Source: Psammoneis japonica
Lineage: Eukaryota
Length of the DNA stretch: 64,000 bases
NCBI GenBank assembly: GCA_008632985.1
Contig: QPGO01000062.1
Location: forward strand, 248,001 to 312,000
Direction of reading: 5' to 3'
A program made the translations under genes and the position numbers. The notes beneath the pieces are model-generated. The model was given only the letters and a program-made list of their open reading frames with translations, was not told the origin of the DNA and made no database searches. Below, piece by piece: positions 14,097-26,884 of the stretch. Within the stretch, counting starts at the first letter, position 1. Every line of letters begins with the position of its first letter.

Positions 14097-15314
14097 CTAC
14101 TGCTTCCTTTTCTTCCAGTTGCCTCCGCCATTGCCGTCCTTGTTCTTGTTCCAATTGTTGTTGTTTCCGTTGTCGCCGTTATTGCTATTCTCCCCTTCTT
14201 TCCACTCTTTGCATTCGCCAAGCTTGAACTTGGGAAAGGGCGATAATTCATTCTTTGGACCGGGCTTGGCAGCCAATGTATCGTACAGTTTCTTGTTGGA
14301 TTCCTGAAACTTGGACGCATAGAACTTTTGCGTTTGACAGGAAATGAGCGGCCGCTCCTGCACACCACCCTTGGTGGCCAAATTGTTAATTTCACTGAGA
14401 TCTTCCTTTGGATCAGGCTTGAGACCCAAATAATTGCGAAGACGCTTCATGACGGCTTTTTCATTGTCCCTAATTTCGTCAAAACTGACAACGAAAATTT
14501 GCTTTCGTTGAAAGTACTGCAGCCACTTGTTGAGCCACTTGTCGTACAATCCGTGATCGGTATCAAACTCTGGCATAATGACATTGTCCAAATAGGCTTG
14601 AAAGTTTCTTGGCGAACCATCGGAATTCTGGACCCGCTTGAGAACGTGGCGGGGACAATTGTCTTCCTTGGAAAGGCCCACCAAGTGTGAATACCACGAG
14701 TACTCGCGCTCCACCGGTTCACGGAGAATCATGATAATCTTGAGATCCGCGCCATAGGGTCCGTCCAACAAGTCGTAGGTTTCTCGAACTCGGTCGGCAT
14801 GGTTAAAGTAGTCGGGTGTCGCGTCCATAATGACGGAATGGTTCTTGCCGTTGCAGTGGGAAAAGTGCTTGCCATACGAATCGATTCCCACCTTGTAGTA
14901 CGTGTCGTCCGTGTTGAAAAAGTGAACACCATTTACCATATTTCCTTCCTGTTTAGGCTGACAGACATTCAAGTGACGATAAATCCAACTCGCTACAGAA
15001 TTGGTAGCTGCCTTTTGAACTCCCACCAGGAGCACATTGGGGATCTTGTATCGGTTCAAAAAGGGCGGTTTCGGATACACAAGTGATTTCGTCTTTTCAA
15101 CGCTGCGAATAGAGGGAGTCGTTACCGGCTTTGGCGGTGCAACAGGAGTGACTTGCTGTTTCGTTGTGTCGGATGTCTCTTTTTGATTTGCAGCGCTACT
15201 GATTCGACGCAGATGATCCACTTGAAGCAACAAACCAAACAGGATCAACCAAAGGAAGAACGGCTGACGATCAGTCAAACGATACTTTGGCGGTTGCGAT
15301 CGCTTGGCGCCCAT
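14097..15314 (-). CDS. Type II membrane sulfotransferase (heparan-sulfate 3-O-sulfotransferase-like)
   Basis: N-terminal TM segment. 5'-PSB LLVGVQKAAT, xHFFN, DATPDY and 3'-PB LREPVEREYSWY. Confidence 0.85.
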   Translation of the reverse strand: MGAKRSQPPKYRLTDRQPFFLWLILFGLLLQVDHLRRISSAANQKETSDTTKQQVTPVAPPKPVTTPSIRSVEKTKSLVYPKPPFLNRYKIPNVLLVGVQKAATNSVASWIYRHLNVCQPKQEGNMVNGVHFFNTDDTYYKVGIDSYGKHFSHCNGKNHSVIMDATPDYFNHADRVRETYDLLDGPYGADLKIIMILREPVEREYSWYSHLVGLSKEDNCPRHVLKRVQNSDGSPRNFQAYLDNVIMPEFDTDHGLYDKWLNKWLQYFQRKQIFVVSFDEIRDNEKAVMKRLRNYLGLKPDPKEDLSEINNLATKGGVQERPLISCQTQKFYASKFQESNKKLYDTLAAKPGPKNELSPFPKFKLGECKEWKEGENSNNGDNGNNNNWNKNKDGNGGGNWKKRKQ

Positions 15315-15689
15315 TTTGTTCTAACGTCGGATGTGATAACACTTCTGTGGACACAGCTCGGCTTGTTGGCTTGTTGCAATCACAAACTCTTTGCTCACAC
15401 AACACGCGAGAGAACAAAATGGCATGTCGGGCAAATGCCTCCCAAAACAATTTATGACCGTGCAATCGATTATTCGGTTCGGGTGACACTTTCTTTTAAT
15501 CCTGGATAAATTTTGACAGATATTCAAAGCTTAATAAATGTATTTTGTAAACATCTACGTTGGTGAAGGTTCTATTATAAAAAGCCATAAGTACAATTCC
15601 AGGGGCATAAGTTCACCCAATCCCAATCCCGTTTCGTCAATCCTCTACCTGATGTGTTGCATGCCTCTTGTTGTGGTGCTGGATTACCG

Positions 15690-16030
15690 GTACTTGCTAC
15701 AGAGCTATCCTGCTACTCTACTCTATTCAAGAGAGAGCACTGGTAGTTGCCCTATAAGAGAGTTGAATGAATGACTATCTACAGTACCATACTCTTTCTC
15801 TCTCTAGAGGAGAGAGCAGCACCGTGATATGATAGCTCTCTCTAGCGTGTGGTAGCTAGAGGCTCTCTACTAGTAGAGACGGATAGCACAGTATCAACTA
15901 CTACTCTCTCTAGTAGCTAGGAGTAGTAGAGAGTAGCTACTCTCTACTAGTAGAGTACAGTAGCTCTATAGCTAGCTTCTAAAAACTCGCTCTAGTTGCT
16001 CGTATGGTAGGACGTACCGGTACTCTATTT
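15690..16030. repeat. TAG/CTA-rich palindromic low-complexity tract
   Basis: Built from CTCTCTAG, TAGAG and AGCTA words. Perfect 26-bp palindrome TAGTAGAGAGTAGCTACTCTCTACTA at 15924-15949. Confidence 0.8.
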
Positions 16031-16352
16031 GCTATGCATGGTTTTAAGTGTTGTGGAGAGATCTTGGCGGGAAACAGAATATGCCTCTACGGCAACCTTT
16101 GCTGTCGTTGGGATTTTACCTAAACCGCACGCCACACTAACTACCCATAATAAAAAACTAAATAGCTAAAGCACATGCGTACTTTGTAACTCCCTAAACA
16201 TACTTTCACTGCACAGCCGACTTCGGCTGTCGCATCCTTCAAGCAAACACCCGAATTCCAGCGAAATTTCGAAATGCAATATCTGAGCACAGGCAACATG
16301 ACCGTAAACCACATAATTTCTACACGAATCTCACGCGTCATCTAGTCAGTCC

Positions 16353-18715
16353 CTAAGGCCCAATATTAATGGCGCCAGGACCAGTTTCCACCTTGCCAGC
16401 AACTTGATCAGTCTTGGCCGCTTCCTCTCCTTGATCCTCGCCCTTTTCACCTTCAATTGGATTCTCGTCAACGGACTTGGCCTCGGGAGTCAACAGGCTC
16501 GCGTTCTTCTTGTCGAGAACAGCACGACGGAATTCCTGACGCGAAACCTCACCACTTCCATCCGTGTCCATGCTAGCAAACAACTGCTGGATCTGATCTC
16601 TGGGTAATCCTGCGTTGAGAAAGTAATCGGTAACTTCGCCCTCATCAATAGCGTCAGACTGGTCAATATCGATAGCGTTGAAAAGCTCGTCAGCTTCCTC
16701 TTTCGTCGTCACGCCATGGATAACGACTTTACGGATTTCCTGGGCTACAGAATCTGGATCATCGGCATTGGTAATGCCGGAAGAGTACATTCCCGTGCGA
16801 CGGCTTTGGGCTCGCTTCTCTTTTTCATCCGACTTGAGCTTGTCTTTTGCGCAACCAAACAAGCCAAGCACAAGTTCACAGACTCGCACCACTGCAAAAC
16901 CGACAAGCAAACCCAACGCCAAGGAAGTAGAAATAATCATGAGACCTCCAAAGACGTTGCTGGCCGCATCGTCGATTTCATACGTCGTGATTGTTTGGTC
17001 CGTGCCTTCAATCTTGATCTCGTTCTCAATAAGAGGCGGCGGGAAGATGAGGTTGAACCAGAACTTGGCAATCATGGAACCCGGCACGAGCTGGTAGAGA
17101 GCGGGCATGAGAATACTCCATATATTCATATCTTGAGAGCCAATGATCGTCTCAATGATGAGATTCTCTTCAAAGGGTTCCAGATGGATATCTGTATCTT
17201 GGCCTTCTCGCTTGGCTTCAGAGAGTTTCTTCTTCAAATCCAGCTTTTGACGGTCACTCTTGCGGCCCAAACGAGTGATGCTTCCAAAGTAAACACCGCA
17301 CGTCATGGTCTTATGGACTACATTGCCAATAAGTGTCTTGTCTTCATCGCGTTGGAGGATGCGGCCGTCATGGTAGTAGCGGAGCTTGTTGACATACCAC
17401 GAGAGCCCGCATGCAGTAACGACAGCGGCAGCGCAACCCAAAACGTTGGATGTGGCCGTGTCCAAATTGTCGCGCGAATGAAGGTCGGCAAAATACTTGA
17501 ACAACTCGTATTGCACCTCGTATCCCACAAGCATGACAATGAGAGCTCTCCAGTATCGCAGAACGGGAAAACGGTACTGTCCCAAGACGGCAACGGAACA
17601 CAAGAGGTAGAGCGGGATCCGCCACCACTCCTCGTCCAAGTCGATTCGGTTGCAGTTCGCCTCCGCGTTAAACCACGCTTCCTGGGCGTCACCCACAACG
17701 AGCAGTCCAAAGGCGGCTCCGAGACTCAGCACAAAGGTCTTGACACTCACGGCGATAAAGCGCGTGACACCCACCGATAGCTCGCCGGCAATAATCTCGA
17801 GGATACCAATCACAAAGGCCGTTCCGTAAAAGTACCAATAGAGCGTTCCGAGAAAAATAGCCGAGAGACAAATATCTTCACCCTGGTATCGGTAAAACAA
17901 GCCGGAAATGATCCCGACCGTCGTACCGACGAGTATATCCGTAAGAATGCCTGCTCCACAGAATCCCAGGAACCACTCGACACAACCCGCCGCAAATCCA
18001 CAGAGCGCGGCAATACCGAAATCGGTCCAGTCGCCGTTGAAGAAAATCACCGCACACGTGGCCGCCACCAACGGGTACAAGACGAGACGACCGGGAAAGT
18101 CTCGCAAGAACCTTCCAGAAGCCGCCGTGTGCTTGCCCGCTTTGGTCTCGGACTGGTAAATGAGCGCCTCGTGAATGGTAATGTCGCCATCCATGAGTGC
18201 TACCGCAATGCGGTAGTACATGTCTTGGTACTCACTGTCGTAGTCGTAGGGGACCTTGCGATGGAGTTCGTGACCACCGTCCTGAAGACGAAACTGCATT
18301 TGAAAGACTCCCAAGTCCCACGTCATGCGGATGCGAAAACGATCCTTGAGCTGTAGGTAAGAAGGAATACAGCAAACAAGAAAATATTAGCATAGGTTTT
18401 ACCACAGAGTGTTTCTGTAAGTTATCTACAAAATCAGAAAGCGAACTCGTCTGCATAAGAAAAACTCACCTGTTGCAAAATCTTCGAGGTCAACAAGGTC
18501 ATATGCCAGGCACGGTGGAGTTCCACAGCGGTACGCATGGCAAACATCACCTGTAAGCCATATTCTTCTCCAAACTTGGCCGCCAAGGACTTGTATACGC
18601 GCTGCATGTCGGCCGGTAAGGTCTTGATGTCAAACTTTTTCTCAGTCAGATGGACCATTTCACGAATGTCCGCGCCATTCCAATCCGACGATGGCTCGCG
18701 CTTGGAGGATGACAT
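16353..18715 (-). CDS. ThrE-like (Thr/Ser exporter) multi-pass membrane protein with two C-terminal EF-hands; intron 18351-18469
   Basis: CAVIFFNGDWTDFGIAALCG and LYQLVPGSM resemble ThrE, with about 10 TM segments. EF-hands DIDQSDAIDEGE and DTDGSGEVSRQEF. The GTGAG...CTACAG intron joins ...ILQQ to LKDRFRIRMT in frame. Confidence 0.75.
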
Positions 18716-19109
18716 GGTGGATGATGATGCTTACAACAAGACAAAGACGGGTTCAGGTCTTTATGAGTATATGAGAAGGTTCACTGGAGAAACGGGTTTG
18801 GTTTGTGATGTATTGAGTATTGTGTTCTCTGATTTTTTGTGCATCTCCTTCTCTGCGTGACAACAATGACGCAACTCGCGCGCAAACTCTCCATCTCCAT
18901 CCGAAGAATCCAGCCGTTTGTCGCGTGCGTGGTCGTGCTTTTATCCTATTTAATTTTGTCGCAGGATACATCGGTATCCTTGCAAACGCATCTTTCAATG
19001 TTTTAAAATTGGATTATTTTAAATGATAGTCCACGTCAACTATTGATGCTAGAGAACTTTAGCGATTATTTCGTGGGATACACATTGAACGTTAATGGCC
19101 TTAATTGAT

Positions 19110-19985
19110 CAATTGTGTCTGCACTTGCACATGCACGAGCTAATCGACCGCCGCGCCACCACTCCGATTTCTAATCTTGGATCGGAGTTGAGTCGTGGCG
19201 TGACTTTTGCACATGAAAAAAGACAAACAAGACACCACCCCGACATCCTCTTGGCTTTGTTTGTTCTTTTGTGATTGTGTTGCATCGTGTGCAGCACCAT
19301 GCACGCATTTGCACACGTGCTCTTCTTTGACATTGTTTCACACTCCCTGCTTTGTGAAGCTAAAAGCTTTTTGTTCTGTCAATTTGCAGAAGCTAAAATC
19401 AGCTCAGTGTGTTTCTTGGCATCCTCTGTTGAGGAGCGTGTGCCAGCAGAAATGACGCGCTGCCGCTCCAAGAATGAAAGATGAGGTGCAAATGCAAAGT
19501 GGCTCCTTGTCCTGCAGAGAATGATTGGCACAATCATTGCTTCACAATTGCACCACAGAGCTTGCGCTCAGAAATCTGCGCACAAATGTCAGAGGCTTGA
19601 GAGTGTCTCTGCCCTCGGCGCTGATGCCGCAGCTCTCAAAACATCTTTTTTTTTGTGCACCTGCTAGATCCCAGCTTTTTCCAACAGTGCACAACAAGAG
19701 GAAGAGACATGGCAGGAGAGCTGCACCTGCCTGTGCTGCCAGAAAGGAGAGACAGGACACAAAACCGTTGCCCGAGAGAGAGGAAAGCGGCAGCCGCTCA
19801 TCCAAAAAAAGACAGCACACTTCTTGCCATGAAGCTCTTGTTGTTGTTCTCTTTTTAGAGAAATTGTCATGCTCACAAATTGGGTGCATTAGATTTGCTT
19901 GTCCGCCACTGCGGTGGCTACCACAGCTGGAGACAATGCTTTGAGGTTCGTGAGCCAGACCATGATGTTGTTGTGTGTGTCATGT
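19110..19985. mobile_element. TpA-depleted block 2, ~0.9 kb unclassified relic between divergent genes
   Basis: Same composition as the other blocks, with residual TA mostly CTAA/CTAG/TTAG. No recognisable protein. Confidence 0.55.
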
Positions 19986-20204
19986 TAGCTAGTTCCACGG
20001 GGAAGGTTGACGTCAGTTTGCAAACTTACGTCAGTCCAACCATCAGAAAAGATCTGTGGTTGGCGGTGCGCTGCGCGATGCCTCGCCGTACTAATGTTAC
20101 GAGAGACGCAGTGGATTGGACAATTGCAATGATTGGCTCCTCCGATCCGTTCATTCCTCTTCTTCTGCGATCCATCATTTTTTTTTCTTCGAAAGATATC
20201 GACC

Positions 20205-22552
20205 ATGAAGCTCTCAACGGCCGCTCTAGTGTTGCTTTCCACCTCGTTGGCAAGTGGCTTTGTTCCATCGACAAAGAGAACCTTTGTCAGCAATGGTGTG
20301 TCATTTCCTACCACCACCAAGCTCACCATGAGTGAAGTTGCGTCGCCACCATCGGAAGAAACGTATGAGTAAGTTGTGAGAAAGCTTGTACACGTTAGCC
20401 GATGTGACTGATGCTTTCTTCTCACTGGTTTCTAACATTTCAACCGTACTTATGAAACTCTACTATATTTTTTAGATTCCAAGCTGAGGTTGGTCGTGTC
20501 ATGGAGATCATTATCAACAGTTTGTATTCCGATCGCGACGTTTTTCTTCGAGAGTTGGTGAGTAATGCTGCCGATGCCTGTGATAAGAAACGGTTCCTCA
20601 GCATCACATCCGACTCGGATGTCATGGAAGAAAAGCCCATTATTAAAATTAGAGCCAACGAAGAGGACAACACCTTGATTATCGAGGATACAGGTGTCGG
20701 TATGACGCGGGATGAGCTTGTCAACAATCTGGGACGGATCGCGCAGTCGGGAACAAAGGCCTTTTTGGAAGCACTCGGAAAGGGAACGGCCGATGTGAAT
20801 TTGATTGGACAGTTTGGTGTTGGTTTCTATTCCGCCTATTTGGTGGCCGATAAGGTGGAAGTCGTTACCAAATCCATGCAACCCAACTCCGAGCAGCTGC
20901 GCTGGAGTTCCGATGCCGGGTCGTCCTTTACAATCACCAAGGATGACTCGGAGCCCATTGAAACGAGTGGATCGCGTCTTATTCTGCACCTCAAGGAAGA
21001 TGCTTCGGATTATCTGGATTCAGGGAAATTGGAAGAGTTGCTGCAAAAGTATTCCGAGTTTATCGAATTCGATATCAACGTTTGGAAGGAAACGACCGAA
21101 TACAAAAAGGTTCCAGACGAAGAAGCCAACAAGGACCTTGCGGAGGGAGAGGAACCCAAGATGAAGACAGTACCCGAGACCAAGGAGGGATACGAGAAGA
21201 TGAATAATCAAAAACCCATTTGGCTTCGTCCGCCCAAGGAGGTGACAGAGGACGAGTACACAAACTTTTACAAGACTGCCTTCAAGGGTGCATACGATGA
21301 ACCCATGAAGCATTCGCACTTTGTCTTGGAGGGACAAGTAGAATGCAAAGCTGTCTTGTACATTCCTGGCATGTTGCCCTTTGAGCTGTCCAAGGACATG
21401 TTTGACGAGAATTCCCGCAACATTCGTCTCTATGTCAAGCGCGTCTTTATCAATGACCAGTTTGATGATTTGATGCCACGCTGGCTGAAATTTGTAAAGG
21501 GCGTAGTCGATAGTGATGACTTGCCTCTCAACGTGGGACGAGAGATTCTTCAAAAGTCCAAGGTCCTCAACATTATTAACAAGAGGCTGGTGAGGAAGAG
21601 TCTTGATATGATGAGAGAGATTGCCGAAGACGAAGACGAGTCAAAGATGATTATGTTTTGGAACAACTTTGGAAAGTACCTCAAGGTTGGAGTTGTTGAG
21701 GATGATCGCAACCGCAAAGAGATTGCTCCTCTCCTTCGCTTCTTCTCATCCAAATCTGGAGAAGAATACACGTCTCTCGACAAGTACGTGGAGAACATGA
21801 AGGAAGGACAAAAGTCAATCTACTATGTCACCGGTGACGGCCGAGAAAACACCGCCATGTCGCCCGTGATTGAAAAGGTGGAATCTCGTGGCTTTGAGGT
21901 TCTCTTTGCCACGGAACCGCTTGATGAGATTTGCATGGAGTCGCTTCGTCAGTACAAAGACTTTGATGTAGTGGATGCTGCCAAGGAGAACCTCAAAGTT
22001 GACGATGAGGACGACGAAGAGTCCAAGAAAAAGAAGGAAGATCTGACAAAGGAGTATTCCGGCGTGATTGAGTACCTTGAGGCGCTCCTTGCGGGTAAGG
22101 TCCAAAAGGTGACTGTCTCTGAGTTGCTGACAAACTCCCCTGCCGCATTGGTTCAGGGAGCGTACGGCATGAGTCCCATAATGCAACGGTACATGAAAGC
22201 TCAAGCGGTTGCCTCCGGAAGCGACCCGAATGCCATGGGCGGAATGAACCAGGCCGTACTGGAAATCAACCCCAATCACCCCATTATTCAGGATTTGGAC
22301 CGCATGATCAAGACTGACAAGGAGAGCGCAGAGACCGAGACGTTTGCCAAGCTCATGTACGATGTGGCCAGCATGACGAGTGGCTACGAAGTTGGTGATA
22401 TGCGTGACTTTGCCAAGCGCGTCATGTCCATGATGACAACCAAGGCTGTCGATGATGGTGCTGTCAAGGACGCTGAAGTTGTCTCGGAAAAGGAAGAGGA
22501 AGTTGCAAAGGAGGTGGAAGTCGTTGTAGAGGACAGTGACGACAAAGAGTAA
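20205..22552 (+). CDS. HSP90: Plastid-targeted Hsp90; intron 20369-20475
   Basis: Signal peptide plus ASG-FVP motif. After splicing it reads [36 protein letters not shown], with IGQFGVGFYSAYLVA and LEINPNHPII. Confidence 0.95.
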
Positions 22553-22990
22553 GTCGACTAACGTTTGTTCCGATAGAATTTAAAAAGTCAGTAGAATTTA
22601 AAAAGGGGAAGAGACTACCGTACATCGGTCTTTTAGAAGTGGCTTTCTTGGATGATAGTCGCAATGTAGCTTTTTTGCCTTGGCACTGTTGTGGCTACCA
22701 AAAAACTCGTCGGTAGCGCAAAAATACAAATCGAAACGATGCACAGCTCAAAACAATTCCTATAGAGGAGAATACAAACGCTCACGGCAGTTTTCTTCAT
22801 AGTCGAGGAACGCCGGAGATACTTTCGATGGAATTGTCACGTTGTAGGAATCATCACTGCCCGATTGGTGTAGCGCTCATACAACGGGTTTCGTCAGGAG
22901 TACTCTCTAAGTAACAATGAGTACGTTGGTAAACCGAGCCATCGCTGTCGTCAGTGAACTCCCCCATAATCTAAAAGCAGACGACACAAT

Positions 22991-24303
22991 CTATTTCCTC
23001 CGGCCTTTTCCATTCTTTTGTTGCTTTTCAAATACTGGATTGCAATGTTTCGCACCATCCTTCCATTCCTTTTCAGTCCAGCCAACTTCTTTCGATTGTA
23101 ACAGCGCATTCATTTGCTCCTTTGTAATTCCGTTATCTTCGACAAATTCCCGTATGAGTCGCCGTTCTGCAGGGTGAATCACACCATCCACACATGCTTG
23201 CTGCAACATTAGCTTTAAGTCATGCAACGCCATTCCCAAACTACTTTCCGACGGCGGTTGCGTTATGTTTCGACTTCTTCGAAGCGATCCAATTAAGTCG
23301 ACAAACATCATGTGCAGTAATGCTGCTTCGACTGCTTTATCGTTTTCCTTCATGAATTTTAGCAACTTTTTCGTATTCATGGCAAGGACACGCACCGGCT
23401 TGTCCGCCACGACGCGATTGGGATAGTTCCGTCCTAGAATCGACGGATCCACCAAGCCTGTGGCTCCCACAACGTGACCGTTTTCTTGGGCCGTGTAATT
23501 GTATAGAAATTTACCACTACTACCACCATGACATGACGCGGTACCATCCACAAGAACAAGAACCTCAAAGAGTGGCTCGCCGTCCTTGACAATCAACTTT
23601 CCTGCCGGATAGGTTTTCCATTCACCCAGTTCCATTAATTTTCGAAACAAAAACGGATCCACTCCAAAGGGTTCGAAACTTCTATAGTACAGCGCACCCT
23701 CTTCCACACTAAATTTGACTTGTCGGCGTTCCACCAGCAATCGAATAATTTGAACCACATTGACCGAAATAAACACGGCGCCCCATGCGACTGCGTTCAA
23801 CTGTTTTGGAACACGAGTAAAATTGTATGTAATGCCACACAAACTTCCCAATATCGAAAGCGATCGGAGCCTGTGTGTAGAGAAAGCAAGTGAATTTTGA
23901 AACAAAAAGCATCATTTTTAGGAAAACAAAGCGGCAAAAAACGCATTCATTTTTTGTATATTCATCCATTCACGCACCACAATACGTCCGTCATCATGAA
24001 ACCCGTCAAAGACGTAATCGCACCAAAATTCATCATGGTTGTTCCAAAATCAATGTGAATTCTTCCAAAGTAGAAAAGAGGTCTTGTAATGATGGGAGTG
24101 CCAAGAACAAATTCGTGAAGCGATGGCGGCCATTGTGTTTTAGTTGAGGCCGTGTTTGTACTAGAATGAGGTCGTGCTGCTGCCGAGAAACGTTGTCGTG
24201 GAGAAAAAGACGTCGGCCGCCGTGGAACTACTACTGAATGGTGTAGACTTTGCCATGACAGAGCACTGGTGACTCTTGACATAGATGATATTCGACGGAT
24301 CAT
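22991..24303 (-). CDS. Popeye-domain / cNMP-binding membrane protein; intron 23871-23977
   Basis: Spliced FMMTDVLWLRSLSILGSLCGITYN...W..VFISVN matches the Popeye TM region and is followed by a cNMP-binding-like domain. Arg/Ser-rich N-terminus. Confidence 0.75.
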
Positions 24304-24740
24304 TGTCAACGCTACGTTTTTCAAATTGTTGTCTTCAAGGTGAAAGAAACGAATGGATTGTGCATCATGGTGGTGGGAAACCAAAAATCATTCGTGAATA
24401 TCAATTATTTATGAGCTGAAGGCAATCATTTTTCTTCGCTTTCCTCAACGTCAATATTTTAACGCTTGTCCGTTGACCTGTCCGTTGAAATTCAAAATCC
24501 GTCGCCTACAACTCCGATTGATTTGACTCAAATCTTTCGGAATCAAAAAAAAAAAAATCTTTCACGCGGGCAGCAAGTTCTTGTTCGTCGATGCAACCAT
24601 GGCAAACCCAACATGATTTGATTTGAAGCAACTGAAGATTGAAAAGCTACTTCAACCAGAGGGATTCAGACCCACTGACTTCTTTTATTTGTAAAAGATT
24701 AGCAGTCTTTGGAGGCAACAAATCAATCAATTGCAAACAA

Positions 24741-26509
24741 TATGAGTCATCATTGCGGCTGTTTCTGTTTCAATCGAGGCGTGGGTGTTGTGAGGCACTG
24801 GCGGCTTTTCCTAACAGTCGTTTGCTTCATGATATGCCACAGTACCACCACGCTAGCATTGTCAACGCCGTCGTCAGTTCGCCGGCCTGTAGTAGCCGTT
24901 GTAGGCGGAGGAATCAGTGGGTTGGTTGTGGGACACGTGTTGCATCAATCCGGTCGGTATTCGGTCGAGCTTTTGGAAGCCAACCCAACGACCGTGGGTG
25001 GCAATGTTCGTACCATTCCTGATCCCTTTGTAAAAGATAATATGCTAAACATTGGACACGCGACACATTTGGGAATGTTTCTCAATCTTCGACTCATGCT
25101 ACGACATTTGGGAGTGGAGGAATGGCCCGTTGGTCGAGGTCCCAACGACAAGGCGGGTATTTTTCGTATGCTGAGCGTCACAACAACCAATGGAAGCACA
25201 TGTCGACCACCACTATGTGATGTTACGTCATTTGCAATTTGGTGGGAAGCATTTGTGTTTTACTATTATTCGTATTTGCAACCCGAACGACGTCTGGATG
25301 ATTTCCTTCAGCAACACAAGTTTTCAAATCGTTTTGTCGGCATTGTCTATTGGGCCATGGCTACCTTTGAGTTTGACAAGACCAAACAAGAAGCGGGTGA
25401 ATATGCACTGGGTGCGGCTCGGGCACTCTTGATTACGCAAGTGTTTTTCCATTACCTCTTGTGTGATGCGTTTGAGGGGTGTCTACCTCGCAAGGTGGAC
25501 CAGGGACTTGCCAAGGAGCTTGCCTCTCGTATCGACCAACATGCGCCGGTACACATGAGAACAAATCTCAAGGACCGACTCGACGAGCTGGAACCGATTG
25601 GATCATACTTTTCAGCCAATTACAAGGATGCCACGGAGAAGCTTGCAAGAGGCGCCGGGAACGTCAGAACCAACGCCGTCGTTGAAAGAATAACCAAGAA
25701 AAACAATCGCATTGTAGTCGAGACGGAACGGGGAGATACGATACAAGTGGACAAGGTGGTCTTTACATTGCAACCATCATTAATTGCTGAAATTCTAGGA
25801 CAAGAAGGACTTTGCGGCTCATGTTGGTGCACTCCAACAAGTAGAAAGTGGTGCGGTGGGGGTTCGAATCGTTCACGCCAAGGAACTTCCCTTTTGTTAC
25901 CCACCAACGGCAAGTGAAAGTGCCGAGCCAGAGCATCCATTAAGCATGAAAAGTCCAGCTCCAATACTTGGTATTTTTGACATCTCGGAACTAACCACAA
26001 AAACCAACAATGGGCAGCAATCGCTACTCAATAACGGAGACTGCGACAATCAAGCCGCTGGATGGCTGTCAGTTGCGTATCCGGTGTATCAACCAAGTGA
26101 CAATGCCTTGAATCGACACGACAGGTGGTTGAGCAAATTTCCGTGTGCAGATGAAACCGTGTATCCTTGGATCCGAGCAACTAGCACATTTCCGGAAATA
26201 CGGAAACGACTTGTGGCTCTGCAAGGCAAAAATGACATTTACATTACGGGCCACACCCTTACGGGTGTCAACAAGGCATCCGAGCTACAAATGACCAATG
26301 CTTTAAACCTGTGTTACAATTATTTTGGCGTGACACCACCGTGGACTGACTTTTTTCCAACTCCGTCACTACCGGATTGCAATGATGACGACGCATTCTT
26401 CAAGGCGAGCTCCACGTTTCAAGCCATGCGATTGGCTTTCAAGAGTTTGATCGGTTCGTTCCTTCTCACAGGTGTCGTGGCTAGATTTGGTAAATCGTTC
26501 TTTACCTAA
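24741..26509 (+). CDS. FAD-dependent oxidoreductase (amine oxidase-like); frameshift near 25807
   Basis: VAVVGGGISGL...LLEAN..VGG Rossmann motif. C-terminal LQGKNDIYITG lies in the second ORF. The frames join at caagaag/gacttt with no usable intron. Confidence 0.7.
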
Positions 26510-26884
26510 ATGGAGCCAATCGAGAAACGCATACAGGTTTGTTGCGATTATTCGTACTTGATCGAGAACTATCTTGGATAGTCCCCGGCCTCTGCGAAAA
26601 GCAGCTCTTACCGAATCTCTACGGCTCCTTGGTGATACTTTCAGTTCAAGAGACATATGGTTTGCAATATCAAAATACGGAATACATTATCTTTGTACGA
26701 CAAGACGCCATGTCAGCGTTGGTCATGCACCGACATGTTTGAAGGAACGATGCGAGCTCTTCACGCACCAATAGTGATAGGAAGATAGACAGGAAAAGAC
26801 ACATCAACCGACCCCTATTTTAGGATTTGTCTATGTTCTATTAACTAGGACGGCGTTCTCTCGCATCTGTAAATGCCACAAATT

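Noticed and set aside
16716..17780. Long antisense ORFs over real genes (also 41717-42649 and 21020-21553)
   Set aside because: Shadow ORFs from codon bias of the opposite-strand gene; no motifs.
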